A stretch of DNA of 59,421 nucleotides, filler included, from 3 parts of 3 records of this genome joined end to end with filler, not necessarily neighbours in it; one strand, 5' to 3'; shown: positions 1 through 10,165, counted from the first letter of the whole stretch. Numbers and translations are program-made. Notes: generated by a model not told the origin, from the sequence alone.

Positions 1-55
1 CAGCATGATGTTTCGGCGGCTTCTTTTTGCCGGGCACCACGACCGCCCTGTCACC

Positions 56-964
56 TCACGCGATGAGGCGCAGGCGTTGGAAGAGCGTCGGGCGAGGTGG
101 GCGCGCCTTGCGGATGCGGTTGAGGCGCTTCTGGAACTGATTGACGGCGTAGCTCAGGTACACCGAAGGATCGAGCCCGAAGGGGGTCTCCTCGTAGTTG
201 GAGAGGATCTCGTTGATGATGCGAAGCGATGGCAACAGCAGCTCGCTCATCCTGTCCTCGATCACCTCCCACATCGGCTCGCCGTTCTCCTCGACCAGGC
301 GCGTGAGCAAGTGAACGCCGTAAGCGATATGGCGTGACTCATCGCGGATCAGGTGCGCGATCATCTCGCGCAAACCTGGCATCAGGTCGAGCTCCTCCAT
401 CACCGTCAGGTAGACGAAGTAACCAGTCTCAGCGAGCGTCCCCTCGACGATCATATTGTAAGTCACGCTCGCGCGTGCGATCGCTTCTGGCGAGGCGTCG
501 TGCTCGAGGCGCTGCATCGCCTGCGGGAGCTCCTCCAAAAACACCTTCTGGTAGCTCGGCGTATAGAAAGTCTGCAAGTCGACGTGTTGCTCGCCAGGGA
601 CCTCGTCGATCCAACGGCGAAACGCCTCGACGTGCTTGGCCTCCTCGCGAAGAAACGCGGTGAGGAACATCTCCTCCTCGAGCCGTCCTTGATCCGCGAT
701 CACTTGCACCAGCGGCAAGAGATCGAGCGTGACCGCCTCCTCTCCGCCCAGAAAGAGCGTCGTCAGTTGCAGCGTGGCCTCCTGATCGAGTGGACTGAGC
801 GCGTGCCAGTCCTTTTGATCCTGGGTCAGATCGATCGCCTCGGGGTCCCAGATGCCAAGCTTCTTGGACTTCTTCCAGAGCTTCATTGGCAGGGAGTTAA
901 AGTCGAGCCCGCGGCGCCCGGTCGAGCGATGTGGGTTTGTCTTGTTGTCGTGGCGCGTTTTCAT
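56..964 (-). CDS. R2-like ligand-binding oxidase (R2lox, Mn/Fe ferritin-like), copy 1
   Basis: GEEAVTLDLLP, EEAKH, YNMIVEGTLAETGY and DESRH motifs match the R2lox metal ligands and the Tyr-Val crosslink residues; GAGG RBS upstream. Confidence 0.9.
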   Translation of the reverse strand: MKTRHDNKTNPHRSTGRRGLDFNSLPMKLWKKSKKLGIWDPEAIDLTQDQKDWHALSPLDQEATLQLTTLFLGGEEAVTLDLLPLVQVIADQGRLEEEMFLTAFLREEAKHVEAFRRWIDEVPGEQHVDLQTFYTPSYQKVFLEELPQAMQRLEHDASPEAIARASVTYNMIVEGTLAETGYFVYLTVMEELDLMPGLREMIAHLIRDESRHIAYGVHLLTRLVEENGEPMWEVIEDRMSELLLPSLRIINEILSNYEETPFGLDPSVYLSYAVNQFQKRLNRIRKARPPRPTLFQRLRLIA

Positions 965-1012
965 AACAACCTCGCAGTGGTTCTCTCGATCGTCGTGCCA
1001 GTGATTTGACGC

Positions 1013-1927
1013 TCAGGCGTCCTCGAGTTCGGTGAAAGCGTCCTCACCAGACTCGGCGAGCATCTGTTGCAGTGACTGATCCTTTGCTCGGGCGATGCGC
1101 ATGAAGCGTTTCTGGAATTGTCCCATGGCGTACTCGGCCAGGTGGTCTCTGGAGAGGTCGAATGGGAAGGGCTCGTTGGCCTCGTAGACCTCGTCGATGA
1201 GCTCGAGCGCCATGGGCAGCAGCTCGCTCATCCTGGCCTCGATCGCCTCCCAGACAGGCTCGCCGTGTTCTGCGACCAACCTCGAGAGGAGGAAGACGCC
1301 GTAGGCGATGTGACGCGATTCATCGCGAATGAGGTTGGCGATGATCTCGCGCAGGCCTGGCATCAGATCCTCTTTCTCGAGGATCTCGTAGTAGCCGTGG
1401 TAGCCGGTCTCGGCGAGCGTCCCCTCGATGATCATATTGTAGGTGGCGCTGGCGCGAGCCTGAGCGATGGGAGACATATCCTCGAGCAGCGCGTGCATCG
1501 AGGTCGCCAGCTCGTCAAAGAGCGCGTTGTAGGTTGGCGTGTAGAACCTGCCGAGGTCTGTCTGGACCTGCGGCACGGCGTCGATCCAGCGTCGGAACGC
1601 CTCGACATGCTTGGCCTCTTCCCACAGGAAAGCGGTCAAATACATCTCCTCCTCGAGCCGCCCCTCGCGCGCCATCACGCGCACCAGCGGGAGCAAATCG
1701 AGCGTGACTGCTTCCTCGCCGCCCAGGAAAATCGTCGTCAAATGGAGCAACGCTTCGCGCTGTCGATCATCGAAGCGCTCGAGCCAGTGCTCGCGATCGA
1801 TGGAGAAGTCGATCTCTTCAGGATCCCAGACGCCGAGCGTCTTGGACTTCTTCCAGAGCTTCATCGGCAAGAGATCGTGATCGAGCCCGCTCGCGCTCGT
1901 GGCGCGGTGCTTGTTCGTCGTCGCCAT
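1013..1927 (-). CDS. R2-like ligand-binding oxidase (R2lox), copy 2
   Basis: Same motifs (GEEAVT, EEAKH, YNMIIEGTLAETGY, DESRH); start placed at ATG 1927 (MATTNKH) behind a GAGGAGG RBS rather than the ORF-track start at 2017. Confidence 0.9.
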   Translation of the reverse strand: MATTNKHRATSASGLDHDLLPMKLWKKSKTLGVWDPEEIDFSIDREHWLERFDDRQREALLHLTTIFLGGEEAVTLDLLPLVRVMAREGRLEEEMYLTAFLWEEAKHVEAFRRWIDAVPQVQTDLGRFYTPTYNALFDELATSMHALLEDMSPIAQARASATYNMIIEGTLAETGYHGYYEILEKEDLMPGLREIIANLIRDESRHIAYGVFLLSRLVAEHGEPVWEAIEARMSELLPMALELIDEVYEANEPFPFDLSRDHLAEYAMGQFQKRFMRIARAKDQSLQQMLAESGEDAFTELEDA

Positions 1928-2187
1928 GCTGCCTCCTCGCTGACAGTAGAACGCAGAAGGTGGTTTGCTCACCCTCATTGACTTGAATTCAATTCTAACA
2001 CCTCTGAATTCCATCAACCAGTGAAACTAAGTCAGGCGAGCGGCTCGAAAGCGGCGGAGACAGTTGGATTTTCATTCCGGGTTGCCTTCGTGGCGCGTTT
2101 GTTCGAAACAAGAAACCGCATTTCTCTTAAACGCATTGTCCTGGCGGCAGACTCGCCACATCGCATTTCTTCGCTCGAGAGGTTTTC

Positions 2188-2697
2188 ATGCACACACGCA
2201 CCAGCGCCCTGTTGTTCATCGCGATCTCCATCCTCATGCTCGTGACGTCCACGGGTTGCTCGACGGACAAGGCCGAGCAACAACAGGGGGGCGTGATCAC
2301 GGGCGCCAAACCAGCCAAGGGGGAGCAGCCGGTTCAGGGCGCGCTCGAGGGGGTCGAGATCGCGGGCTACTGTCCGGTGGCCTACGTGGACGCGAACAAG
2401 CCGGTGAAAGGGGTCTCCGAGTACCCCGTGCAATACAACGGGATGACCTACTGGTTCGTGGACGAGGGCGCGCAGTCGGCGTTCGTGAGCAACCCAGGAA
2501 AGTACCGCGTCGCTTACCGCGGTTGGTGCGCCACGGCGCTCGCGCAAGGCCAGAAGGTGACCTCGAACCCGGAGGTCTTTCGCGTGTACGCCGGGACGGT
2601 CTACCTCTTCGCGGACGAGGAGGCCGCCAAGGCGTTCGAGGCAGAGCCTGCCGCGACGGTGAAGAAGGCCGATGAGACCTGGGCGAGTGTGCAGTAA
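2188..2697 (+). CDS. YHS-domain lipoprotein
   Basis: Signal peptide with lipobox TSTGC; GYCPVAY...YNGMTYWF...F..NP.KY...Y.GWCA pattern of the YHS family; GAGG RBS. Confidence 0.8.
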   Translation: MHTRTSALLFIAISILMLVTSTGCSTDKAEQQQGGVITGAKPAKGEQPVQGALEGVEIAGYCPVAYVDANKPVKGVSEYPVQYNGMTYWFVDEGAQSAFVSNPGKYRVAYRGWCATALAQGQKVTSNPEVFRVYAGTVYLFADEEAAKAFEAEPAATVKKADETWASVQ

Positions 2698-2820
2698 ATC
2701 ACTCGTAAATCGATCATTAAATAACCAATGATTTGCTTTCTCCTCTCTGAAGCGTGCCTTATCTTGTCTGCGACTTTCCCAGACTGATGGCTCCCACACT
2801 TCCACGAGAGGACGAGTGAT

Positions 2821-5800
2821 ATGGCAGTGACCGTTGATGACCTTGTAGAAATCGCGAACAAGCACGGCGTCGACAACTGGCGCACCTACGACAGGATGCG
2901 CACGATCACCAACAGCGAACCAGAGAACACGCTCCCGCGTCTGCTCTGGGAAGCCTTCCGTGACAACAAGCTCGACCTCGGGGGGCTTCAAAACTGTTGG
3001 TGGGATCTGGGGCAGGTCCCCGATCACTACAGCGCGGCGGATTTTATCAGGTTGATCGCAGCGATCGCCAAACACTACTCCAAGCAGGGAAGTTACTCGG
3101 ACCCGTGGGGGAGCGATGACACCCCCGGCTGGCCCTACAACATGCACAACGTGTTCGACGCCAAGAGCGACGACCCCGACTTCTACAAGGGGATGGCGGA
3201 CAAGTGGCAATCCTTACCCGACCCTTATGATCGCGCGCTCGGCTTTCGCCTAGCCGCCAAGGGCGCCGTGGATGTCTCTGACTTGCCAGAGAGTATGCTC
3301 GAAGAGTACGCCGCGCACTTCCTCGAGCACGTCGAGTATGTCTCCGGGGTCTGGGAGACGATCCCATGGCCTGGAGATGTCTGGAACAAGGCGCTCTTGA
3401 CCGTCGCGCTCGGCCCGAACACCAGCGTCATCAAGTCCTACGCCACGCTCCAGAGCGCCTTCGAAGTGGCATCACCGGAAGAGTTCGCCCAGGCGCTCCA
3501 AAAAATCGGCGCGACCACCGATCGCACGATCCCGCCCACGACCGAAATCGCCGCGCGCGCCAAGGAAGACGACGCGCTGTTTGCCGCCTTGAGAGACGCC
3601 CTCGCGGAGCTCGACCCGAAGGATGCCCAACCTCCGAGCTGGGGCCAGGCCGCGCCCTTCTTCTACGCCGCGATCTGTTATCTGGCGGCCTGTGAGGCGC
3701 GCAGCGAGGTGCCAGACAAGGCTTGCGACAAGAACATCGCGGCCTTCATCAGCACCTACAAGCCGAGCTGGAGCGGAGGATACTTCGACGATTATCACAA
3801 CCGGCTCAACGAGCTCCTCTCACTCGTCCCCAAAGAGCGCCTCGAGAAGATGTTCACGAGCGCCGAGAGGACGCCGTGGCTTCTTCTTGGCGCGTGCGTC
3901 ACGCCAGCGGTCATCGACTGGGCGGTCGGGCGCCTCGTCAACACCCCCAAAGAAGAGGCCTCGGATTATTACTTTGGCTCTCACGCGAGGATGGGACTCG
4001 CGAGCCTCGGCGCTGACGCGGTGCCCGCGATCGCCAAGGCGCTCGAAGGGAACGCCGGCCCGAACCGGGAGATGTTGCTCAGCCACATCGCCAGTTATCC
4101 TCAGCGCATCGAAGCGGTCGATGGTTTGTTCGCCTGCCTCGGAGACAGCGCGAAGGGGGTCAGGGAGATGGCCATATCCGCGCTCCCGCTGGCTGATCAC
4201 GAGGAGGTTTTAAAGCGCCTCCCCGACGCGTTGGCAGGGAGCCGCAAGCCCGAGCGCGAGTCCGCTGCGCAGGTCCTGCTCGCGCTTCCTCCGAGCCAGA
4301 AGCGCTACGAGCTCGCGCAGGCGCGCATCCCCAAGGAGAAGACCAAGGACGTCAAGGCGCTGCTCGAGCGCATCGAGGAGCCGAGCGAAGAAGCTGACGC
4401 CTTCGAACAGCTCGACATCAGCCAGGAAAAACGAGAAGCGATCGTCGAAGAGATGGCCGGTGACGAAGGCAGAACCTGGGAGAACTACAAGGATCTCGGC
4501 GAAGGCTTCCTGGCGATCTTCTTCGACGTGTGGGCGAGGGAGGCTGGTGAATCGACCGTGACATTCTACCGCGACAGCGACTGCGCGATGTTGACTGACA
4601 ACTGGCTCGCGTTCCTCGAACACCTGGGCAGCGAGAACGCCATGGCGCTCGAGTACGCGGTGCTCCTGTTGGGCGCTTTCAGCTCTTATGGCTTCGAGGA
4701 GTACCTCGAAGCGATCGACGAGATTTATGGCAAGGAGCGCGTCGGCGCAAAAATCGCCGACCTGCTCTCGACGAGCCGATTGCAACGCCCGGCGAACTTC
4801 CAACCGCTGCGCTGGGGAACGCCAGACATCATCAAGGAAGGATCGAGCCTCCTGATGAACAACTACCCGAACGCGGCGGCAGAGACCGTGCTCGACCTCT
4901 TGCAAGACAAACGCAAGACAGTCCGCGACCCGGCAAAGGAGTTCGTTCTCGAGCACACCGACCTCTACAAGGTCGATGATTTCCTCCCGTTGTTGACCTC
5001 GAACCGCAAGGACACGCGCCTGACAGCAGCAGAGCTTCTCGGTGTGTTTGGCGACGCCGCCGCCATCGATGCGCTAAAAGCGGCGGCCAAGAAAGAGAAG
5101 ACCAACGACGTCAAGGACGCCATCGCGCTCTCGATCGTGCAGCTCAACAACAGCTCCTTCGATCCGAAGACGTTCGCCAGCACCGAGAAGGGGGACAAGG
5201 AGCTCGACGCCAAGCTAGGCGAGCTTCCAAACGTTGGCGTCCCTGGCGCGGTCCAGAGCAGCATGAAGAAGCTGACACACCCTGTGTGGAAGAACTCTGG
5301 CGACGCGATGAGCGATGGGGCCTTCGAGTGGTTGCTCTCCGAGCTCGGGCGCGAGTCGATGGATCATCACGGCGAGAAGCTCGTCGCGGTGTGTGATCGC
5401 CTCAAGGAAGAGGACCTCCACACCCTGTGTGAGGAGCTTATCAAGGAGACAGGTCGCTCGACCGTAGGTTGGACGTTGTTCATGCAGGGCGTCATCGCGC
5501 CGCCATCGAGGATCGAGGAGACCGGACGCCACCTCGAGGAGTTCGCGCAGTCTCAATCCTGGGGTTGGGGCGATCACGGCGTCGAGGTGATGGTGCGCAT
5601 GGGCACGCCCCAATGCGTGCGCATCCTGGATGACTGGCATCACAAGACGAGGCGTGATGCGCTCAAGTGGCGCTCTCGCGCTGGCATCCAGCGCATCGCT
5701 AACAATCAGGGAATCTCTTACGAGGAGGCGATCGAGGCGAGCATCTCGCGCTTTGGCTTCGATGACCGCGGCGAGATTCGTTACGACTACGGAAGCCGCA

Positions 5801-6654
5801 CGATCGTGGTCAAGCTCGAGCCAGGCGATGACTTCTCCTACACCGACATCGACAACGAGAAGAGCTACAAGTCGATGCCCAAGGCGCTCAAGGCCGACAA
5901 CGACGTGTTGGTCAACGAGGCGCGCTCGGAGGTCTCGCACATCAAGAAAGAGATCAAGCGCCTGCGCCGCAACCAGACGCGCCGCCTCGAGGATGCGATG
6001 GCCACCGAGCGGCGCTGGGTGCCCTCGAAGTGGCGCGAGCGTTATGCGTTGCATCCTGTGATGCGCAGCTTCGCCCAGGGCATGGTCTGGGGGATCTTCG
6101 ACGTCGAGAGCGACGAGTTGATCACGTCGGTGCACGTCGACAACTCGGGCGATGTGGTCGATCTCGAGGACGAGACGCACGCGCTCGATGACACCAAGCA
6201 TCGCCTCGGGGTGGTTCACCCGGCGAGGTTGACGGCTGAAGAGCGCGAGCGCTGGATCGAGTGCTTTGTCGATTACGAGATCGTGCAATCCTTCGAGCAG
6301 CTCATGCGCGAGGTGCACGCCAAGGATGACTGGCCAGAAAAAGCCTCCGAGATCGCCATGAAGCTCGACAGCACCACCGCCGGGAGCTTCCTGGGGCGCC
6401 TCGATCGCCTCGGTTGGGACAAGGGCCCTCGCGAGGACGCGGGCCTGATCAACTACTCCTACCGAAACTTCGGCCCATGGAGCGTCACCCTGAGCCATGA
6501 CGGCTTCTCGCCAGAATACCTCGACACCGGCGCCTTCTATGTTCAGGGCTTCTCGATCTCGCGCGATGATGAGAGCGTCGCGCCAAGGGATCTTCCTCCT
6601 CACATCTTCAGCGAGCTTATCCACAACCTGATCAAGCTCACCGAGGGTGGCTAG
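2821..6654 (+). CDS. HEAT-repeat / DUF4132 domain protein (1277 aa)
   Basis: HEAT-like repeats (LGDSAKGVREMA, LQDKRKTVRDPA, LTSNRKDTRLTAAELLG); C-terminal RLEDAM..ERRW...HPVMRSFAQGMVWG...VVHP...EQLMRE is typical of DUF4132. Confidence 0.75.
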   Translation: MAVTVDDLVEIANKHGVDNWRTYDRMRTITNSEPENTLPRLLWEAFRDNKLDLGGLQNCWWDLGQVPDHYSAADFIRLIAAIAKHYSKQGSYSDPWGSDDTPGWPYNMHNVFDAKSDDPDFYKGMADKWQSLPDPYDRALGFRLAAKGAVDVSDLPESMLEEYAAHFLEHVEYVSGVWETIPWPGDVWNKALLTVALGPNTSVIKSYATLQSAFEVASPEEFAQALQKIGATTDRTIPPTTEIAARAKEDDALFAALRDALAELDPKDAQPPSWGQAAPFFYAAICYLAACEARSEVPDKACDKNIAAFISTYKPSWSGGYFDDYHNRLNELLSLVPKERLEKMFTSAERTPWLLLGACVTPAVIDWAVGRLVNTPKEEASDYYFGSHARMGLASLGADAVPAIAKALEGNAGPNREMLLSHIASYPQRIEAVDGLFACLGDSAKGVREMAISALPLADHEEVLKRLPDALAGSRKPERESAAQVLLALPPSQKRYELAQARIPKEKTKDVKALLERIEEPSEEADAFEQLDISQEKREAIVEEMAGDEGRTWENYKDLGEGFLAIFFDVWAREAGESTVTFYRDSDCAMLTDNWLAFLEHLGSENAMALEYAVLLLGAFSSYGFEEYLEAIDEIYGKERVGAKIADLLSTSRLQRPANFQPLRWGTPDIIKEGSSLLMNNYPNAAAETVLDLLQDKRKTVRDPAKEFVLEHTDLYKVDDFLPLLTSNRKDTRLTAAELLGVFGDAAAIDALKAAAKKEKTNDVKDAIALSIVQLNNSSFDPKTFASTEKGDKELDAKLGELPNVGVPGAVQSSMKKLTHPVWKNSGDAMSDGAFEWLLSELGRESMDHHGEKLVAVCDRLKEEDLHTLCEELIKETGRSTVGWTLFMQGVIAPPSRIEETGRHLEEFAQSQSWGWGDHGVEVMVRMGTPQCVRILDDWHHKTRRDALKWRSRAGIQRIANNQGISYEEAIEASISRFGFDDRGEIRYDYGSRTIVVKLEPGDDFSYTDIDNEKSYKSMPKALKADNDVLVNEARSEVSHIKKEIKRLRRNQTRRLEDAMATERRWVPSKWRERYALHPVMRSFAQGMVWGIFDVESDELITSVHVDNSGDVVDLEDETHALDDTKHRLGVVHPARLTAEERERWIECFVDYEIVQSFEQLMREVHAKDDWPEKASEIAMKLDSTTAGSFLGRLDRLGWDKGPREDAGLINYSYRNFGPWSVTLSHDGFSPEYLDTGAFYVQGFSISRDDESVAPRDLPPHIFSELIHNLIKLTEGG

Positions 6655-6731
6655 AGCCAGGCTCTGGAGAATAAAACAGCATTGTGCTCGCAGGTACACC
6701 TAACCTCCTGCGAGCGCAGCGTTACTCGAAG

Positions 6732-6778
6732 GCAAAGGCGCCCGCTCGCGAACGCGAGCGGGCGCCTTTGCTTTTCTT
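6732..6778 (+). terminator. Rho-independent terminator
   Basis: Perfect inverted repeat GCAAAGGCGCCCGCTCGC-gaac-GCGAGCGGGCGCCTTTGC followed by TTTTCTT, about 80 nt after the DUF4132 stop. Confidence 0.85.
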
Positions 6779-6911
6779 ACGGCGCGATTTGATCCAAGAT
6801 TCCTCGATCTCACGCGGCGACGAGAACGCCGCAACCAAAGAGCCGCCTCCTCACACACCCGTTATTTGCGAGCACACGACGGGGTTTATCGAGGAGGATC
6901 GAGGAGGCACC

Positions 6912-7937
6912 TTGAACCAAGTACTTCGCATCACACTGCTGTCACTTCTGACGATCGGGGTCGCCACGAGCACCGGTTGTGAGAAGCAAGGGAACAAGCC
7001 ACAGGAGGAGAGCACCTCGCCGGCGAACACAGCGAGCGCCGATGCTGCGAACGCAGCGTCGACGCCTGATGCGTCCTCTCCCGAGCGCGACTTTGGCGCC
7101 AAGGATCTCACCACGCTGATCCTTCGCGCGGAGAAGTCGATCCTCGAGAACGACGCGGCGACCTTTGGCTCGTTGCTCGCGCCGGAGACGGTGATCATGG
7201 AGGCGTGCGGTGGAGCGTTCCCAAACGCGGCGGCGCGCGCCAAGCTCGGCCGAAGCTATATGATGATGCAATCGCGCGTCGCGCCGGCGGTGAAGAAGTG
7301 CGCCGAGGCGTTCGACTGGTCCAAGGCCTCGCGCATTGGCGCAGAGGGAGGTATCCTCTTTGCCACCCCTCCTGGTTGCAAGGAGGACGTCAAACGCTAC
7401 GTGGATGTGCACGTCTACTACCAGTTGGACAAGGAGATCCACCGGATGATCCTCAAGAATCCGGTCACCTTCGATGACGGGAAGACGTGGGTGCTCGATC
7501 GCGAGCCGGAGTGTGGTAGGTTCGTGCTCGCGTTGACCAGGGAGTCGCTCGCCAAGAGCACCTTCGAGGCGCTACGAGATGGCAAACAGGAGACGCTCGA
7601 TCTGTTGAGCGCGCCGAACAGGATCCTCGAGGGGTCGTGCAAGAACCCTCCGACAGAGTTGATCACGAGCCTGCGCTCACTCTCGAGGCAACCCGCCAGA
7701 GAACGCAGCGTGCGCGAGTGCAAGGAGCTCATGGGTTGGGCGGAAGGGCAGGATGTACCCGAGTTCGAGTATGGCGAGGTGGCGCCCGTCGAGGGCTGCT
7801 CGGATCAGATCAGCATGGTCGACATCACCGCCAAGGGTAAGGATGGTGCGCAGTTTACCATCGAGGCGCTGCGTTACCATGGAGGCATCGGCGAGCGATG
7901 GCATCTCTCGGCGACGCCCCGGTGTACGAAGCCATGA
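6912..7937 (+). CDS. Uncharacterised lipoprotein with an internally duplicated Cys-containing domain
   Basis: TTG start at 6912 after GAGGAGG; lipobox ATSTGC; low-complexity linker; two homologous halves with 4 Cys each. Confidence 0.7.
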   Translation: MNQVLRITLLSLLTIGVATSTGCEKQGNKPQEESTSPANTASADAANAASTPDASSPERDFGAKDLTTLILRAEKSILENDAATFGSLLAPETVIMEACGGAFPNAAARAKLGRSYMMMQSRVAPAVKKCAEAFDWSKASRIGAEGGILFATPPGCKEDVKRYVDVHVYYQLDKEIHRMILKNPVTFDDGKTWVLDREPECGRFVLALTRESLAKSTFEALRDGKQETLDLLSAPNRILEGSCKNPPTELITSLRSLSRQPARERSVRECKELMGWAEGQDVPEFEYGEVAPVEGCSDQISMVDITAKGKDGAQFTIEALRYHGGIGERWHLSATPRCTKP

Positions 7938-8061
7938 GGACGATGGTGCATGGAACAGGCCGCCCAGGCGTGCTTTTCCAAAAGCAAGGCACCGAAAAGA
8001 TATCACCAAGAGCGTCACACTTGTCCATATCTTGGGTAAGTGATAAGGTCGTGTAATACAA

Positions 8062-8078
8062 AAACATCATTGATGTTT
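8062..8078. promoter_or_regulatory. Palindromic candidate operator upstream of the hybrid kinase
   Basis: AAACATCA-T-TGATGTTT perfect 8-bp inverted repeat in an AT-rich intergenic patch, ending 26 nt before ATG 8105. Confidence 0.35.
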
Positions 8079-8104
8079 GTCGAGCACTTCAAAACGGTGC
8101 CCCC

Positions 8105-10165
8105 ATGTCGCACGAAGAGCAAGATCTCCAATTGTCGAGATTGGATCTGGAGGGGTTGACAGAAGACGCGAGGATGCGCCTGAGAGCCATCCTCGAAGAT
8201 CCGTCAAGTTACAGGCAACCCCCTGCACTCCAGGACCCAGAGCGCGGCTCCACATTGCTCACGCTCGAGCGCTCCTTCGAGAGCTCCCCCCATCCACAAA
8301 TCCTGATCGATAGACAGGGCAAGCTGTTGCGCGTCAACGCGCCGGGGAGGACATTCCTCGCGGCGGCCTTACCTATACTGGACATCGACGCCGTCATCGC
8401 TGAAGGCGAAGCTCCGGTCGACGGCGTGAACCCCGAGGAGGCCGCGTTGTTAAGGGCGCGACTCGCGCCTGCGTTCGAGGGGGTCCCGACGAGTTGGGAG
8501 CGCGAAATCACGTGGAGTGATGGCGAGGCGCGCATCTTCGACGTCAACCTCTCGCCGGTTTTTGGAGAGGACGGCAAGGTGCTCGCCGCCTGTGTGACCG
8601 CCATCGACATCACCCACGAGCGCAGCCGCTCGGCAGATCTCGAGCGCATCGTCGAGGCCACGATGCTCGCCCACGAGGTGCTCAACCAGCTCCCGGTGGG
8701 CGTCCTGCTCATCGACGAGAACTGGCTCATCACCCACTGCCTCGGCGACTACGAGCGCCACCTCGGCATGTCCCAGCAGGACATTCAGGGCAAACCACTG
8801 AGCATGTTTGTCCCCAAGACCAAGCTCGAGCGCTGGCACTACCTGCTCGACATCTCGAGCTACGACTCGCTCAAGGAAGAGACCTACCTCATCCACCACG
8901 ACGGGACCCGTATCGAGGCCGAGATCCGCCTCCAGAAGCTCCACTCGGGCGAGAGCTCCTGGGCGGTGCTCATCGGCGACCTCAGCACGCAGCGCGAGCT
9001 CGAAGAGGAGCTTCGGCAGGCACAAAAGGTCGAAGCGCTCGGCCTCCTCACCAGCGGTATCGCGCACGATCTCAACAACCTGCTCACGGTCATCATGGGA
9101 CATATCGAGCTCGCTCAAGACGAGCTCTCCCCGATGCACCCCGCCATGCAGGACCTCGAGGGAATCCACGCCGCCGTCGACCGCGCCACGGCGATGACGC
9201 TCAAGCTGCTCGCCTTCGCGCGCGCTCAGGTGGTCGAACCTCGAAACATCGACCTGATCGAGGTGCTGACTCAGGTCCGACCGCTTTTAAAGCACTCGTT
9301 GAGCGAGGAGATCGAGCTCGGGTTCAAGTTCAACCTCAAGCGCGCGCACGTCCTGGCGGACATCGTCCAGATCGAGCAAGTCCTCATCAACATGCTCATC
9401 AACGCGCGCGACGCCATCGGATCGCGCGAGGGGAAGATCAACATCAGCCTGACGCCGCAGCGCGTGCGCCTGCCGATCAACGCCGTCCATAGCGTGATCG
9501 CGCCAGGTAACTACGTCGTCCTCGGCGTGCGAGATACGGGCGATGGAATCCCTGAAGATCTCCAGGAGAAGATCTTCGAGCCCTTCTTCACGACCAAACC
9601 GGAAGGAAAAGGGACCGGCCTCGGGTTGGCGACGTGCCTGCGAATCGCGCGACAAAACCACGGTCACATTCGCTGCACGAGCACCCCCGGCGTGGGCACG
9701 CAGTTCGAGCTGTGGCTGCCTGCGCAAAAACCCCAGGAGATCTCGTTCGCGTCCACCATCTCGCTCGATATCATTCAACAAGAAGGCGTGCTCCTCGTGG
9801 TCGAGGATGAAGCCGCGCTGCGCGACTCGATGAAGCGCGTGCTCGAGCGCTACGGGTACCACGTCTACACCGCAAGAAACGGCGTCGACGCGCTCGCCAA
9901 GCTCGAAGAAGGGCAGGCGACGCCCGAGGTCATCATCACTGATGTCGTCATGCCGGGGATGGGCGGCGGCGCGCTCGTCGAAGAGCTCAAGGCGCGTTAC
10001 CCGAACGCCGAGTTCCTGTTCATGTCGGGTTACGCCGATGACATCCTGACAACACGCGGATTTCACCGCCAGGAGGTCAACTTTCTGGCCAAGCCATTCT
10101 CGCCAAAGAGACTCGCGCTCCACATCCACGAGCTGTTGACCAAACGCCGCACGGCGGCGCGCTGA
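8105..10165 (+). CDS. PAS-PAS hybrid sensor histidine kinase/response regulator (CckA-like architecture)
   Basis: H-box GIAHDLNN, N-box [14 protein letters not shown]1 DTGDGI, F-box FEPFFTTK, G2 GTGLGL; receiver VVEDE...TDVVMPG...MSGY...KPF. Confidence 0.93.
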   Translation: MSHEEQDLQLSRLDLEGLTEDARMRLRAILEDPSSYRQPPALQDPERGSTLLTLERSFESSPHPQILIDRQGKLLRVNAPGRTFLAAALPILDIDAVIAEGEAPVDGVNPEEAALLRARLAPAFEGVPTSWEREITWSDGEARIFDVNLSPVFGEDGKVLAACVTAIDITHERSRSADLERIVEATMLAHEVLNQLPVGVLLIDENWLITHCLGDYERHLGMSQQDIQGKPLSMFVPKTKLERWHYLLDISSYDSLKEETYLIHHDGTRIEAEIRLQKLHSGESSWAVLIGDLSTQRELEEELRQAQKVEALGLLTSGIAHDLNNLLTVIMGHIELAQDELSPMHPAMQDLEGIHAAVDRATAMTLKLLAFARAQVVEPRNIDLIEVLTQVRPLLKHSLSEEIELGFKFNLKRAHVLADIVQIEQVLINMLINARDAIGSREGKINISLTPQRVRLPINAVHSVIAPGNYVVLGVRDTGDGIPEDLQEKIFEPFFTTKPEGKGTGLGLATCLRIARQNHGHIRCTSTPGVGTQFELWLPAQKPQEISFASTISLDIIQQEGVLLVVEDEAALRDSMKRVLERYGYHVYTARNGVDALAKLEEGQATPEVIITDVVMPGMGGGALVEELKARYPNAEFLFMSGYADDILTTRGFHRQEVNFLAKPFSPKRLALHIHELLTKRRTAAR

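Noticed and set aside
56-1927. Ribonucleotide reductase beta subunits (nrdB/nrdF)
   Set aside because: The motifs match R2lox (Glu as first ligand, YNMIxEGTLAETGY), and no R1 gene is nearby.
1928-2017. N-terminal extension of R2lox copy 2 in the ORF track (similar extensions at 6684, 18366, 36949, 37781 and 44873)
   Set aside because: Downstream starts have better RBSs or match family N-termini; some extensions run through terminators or promoters.
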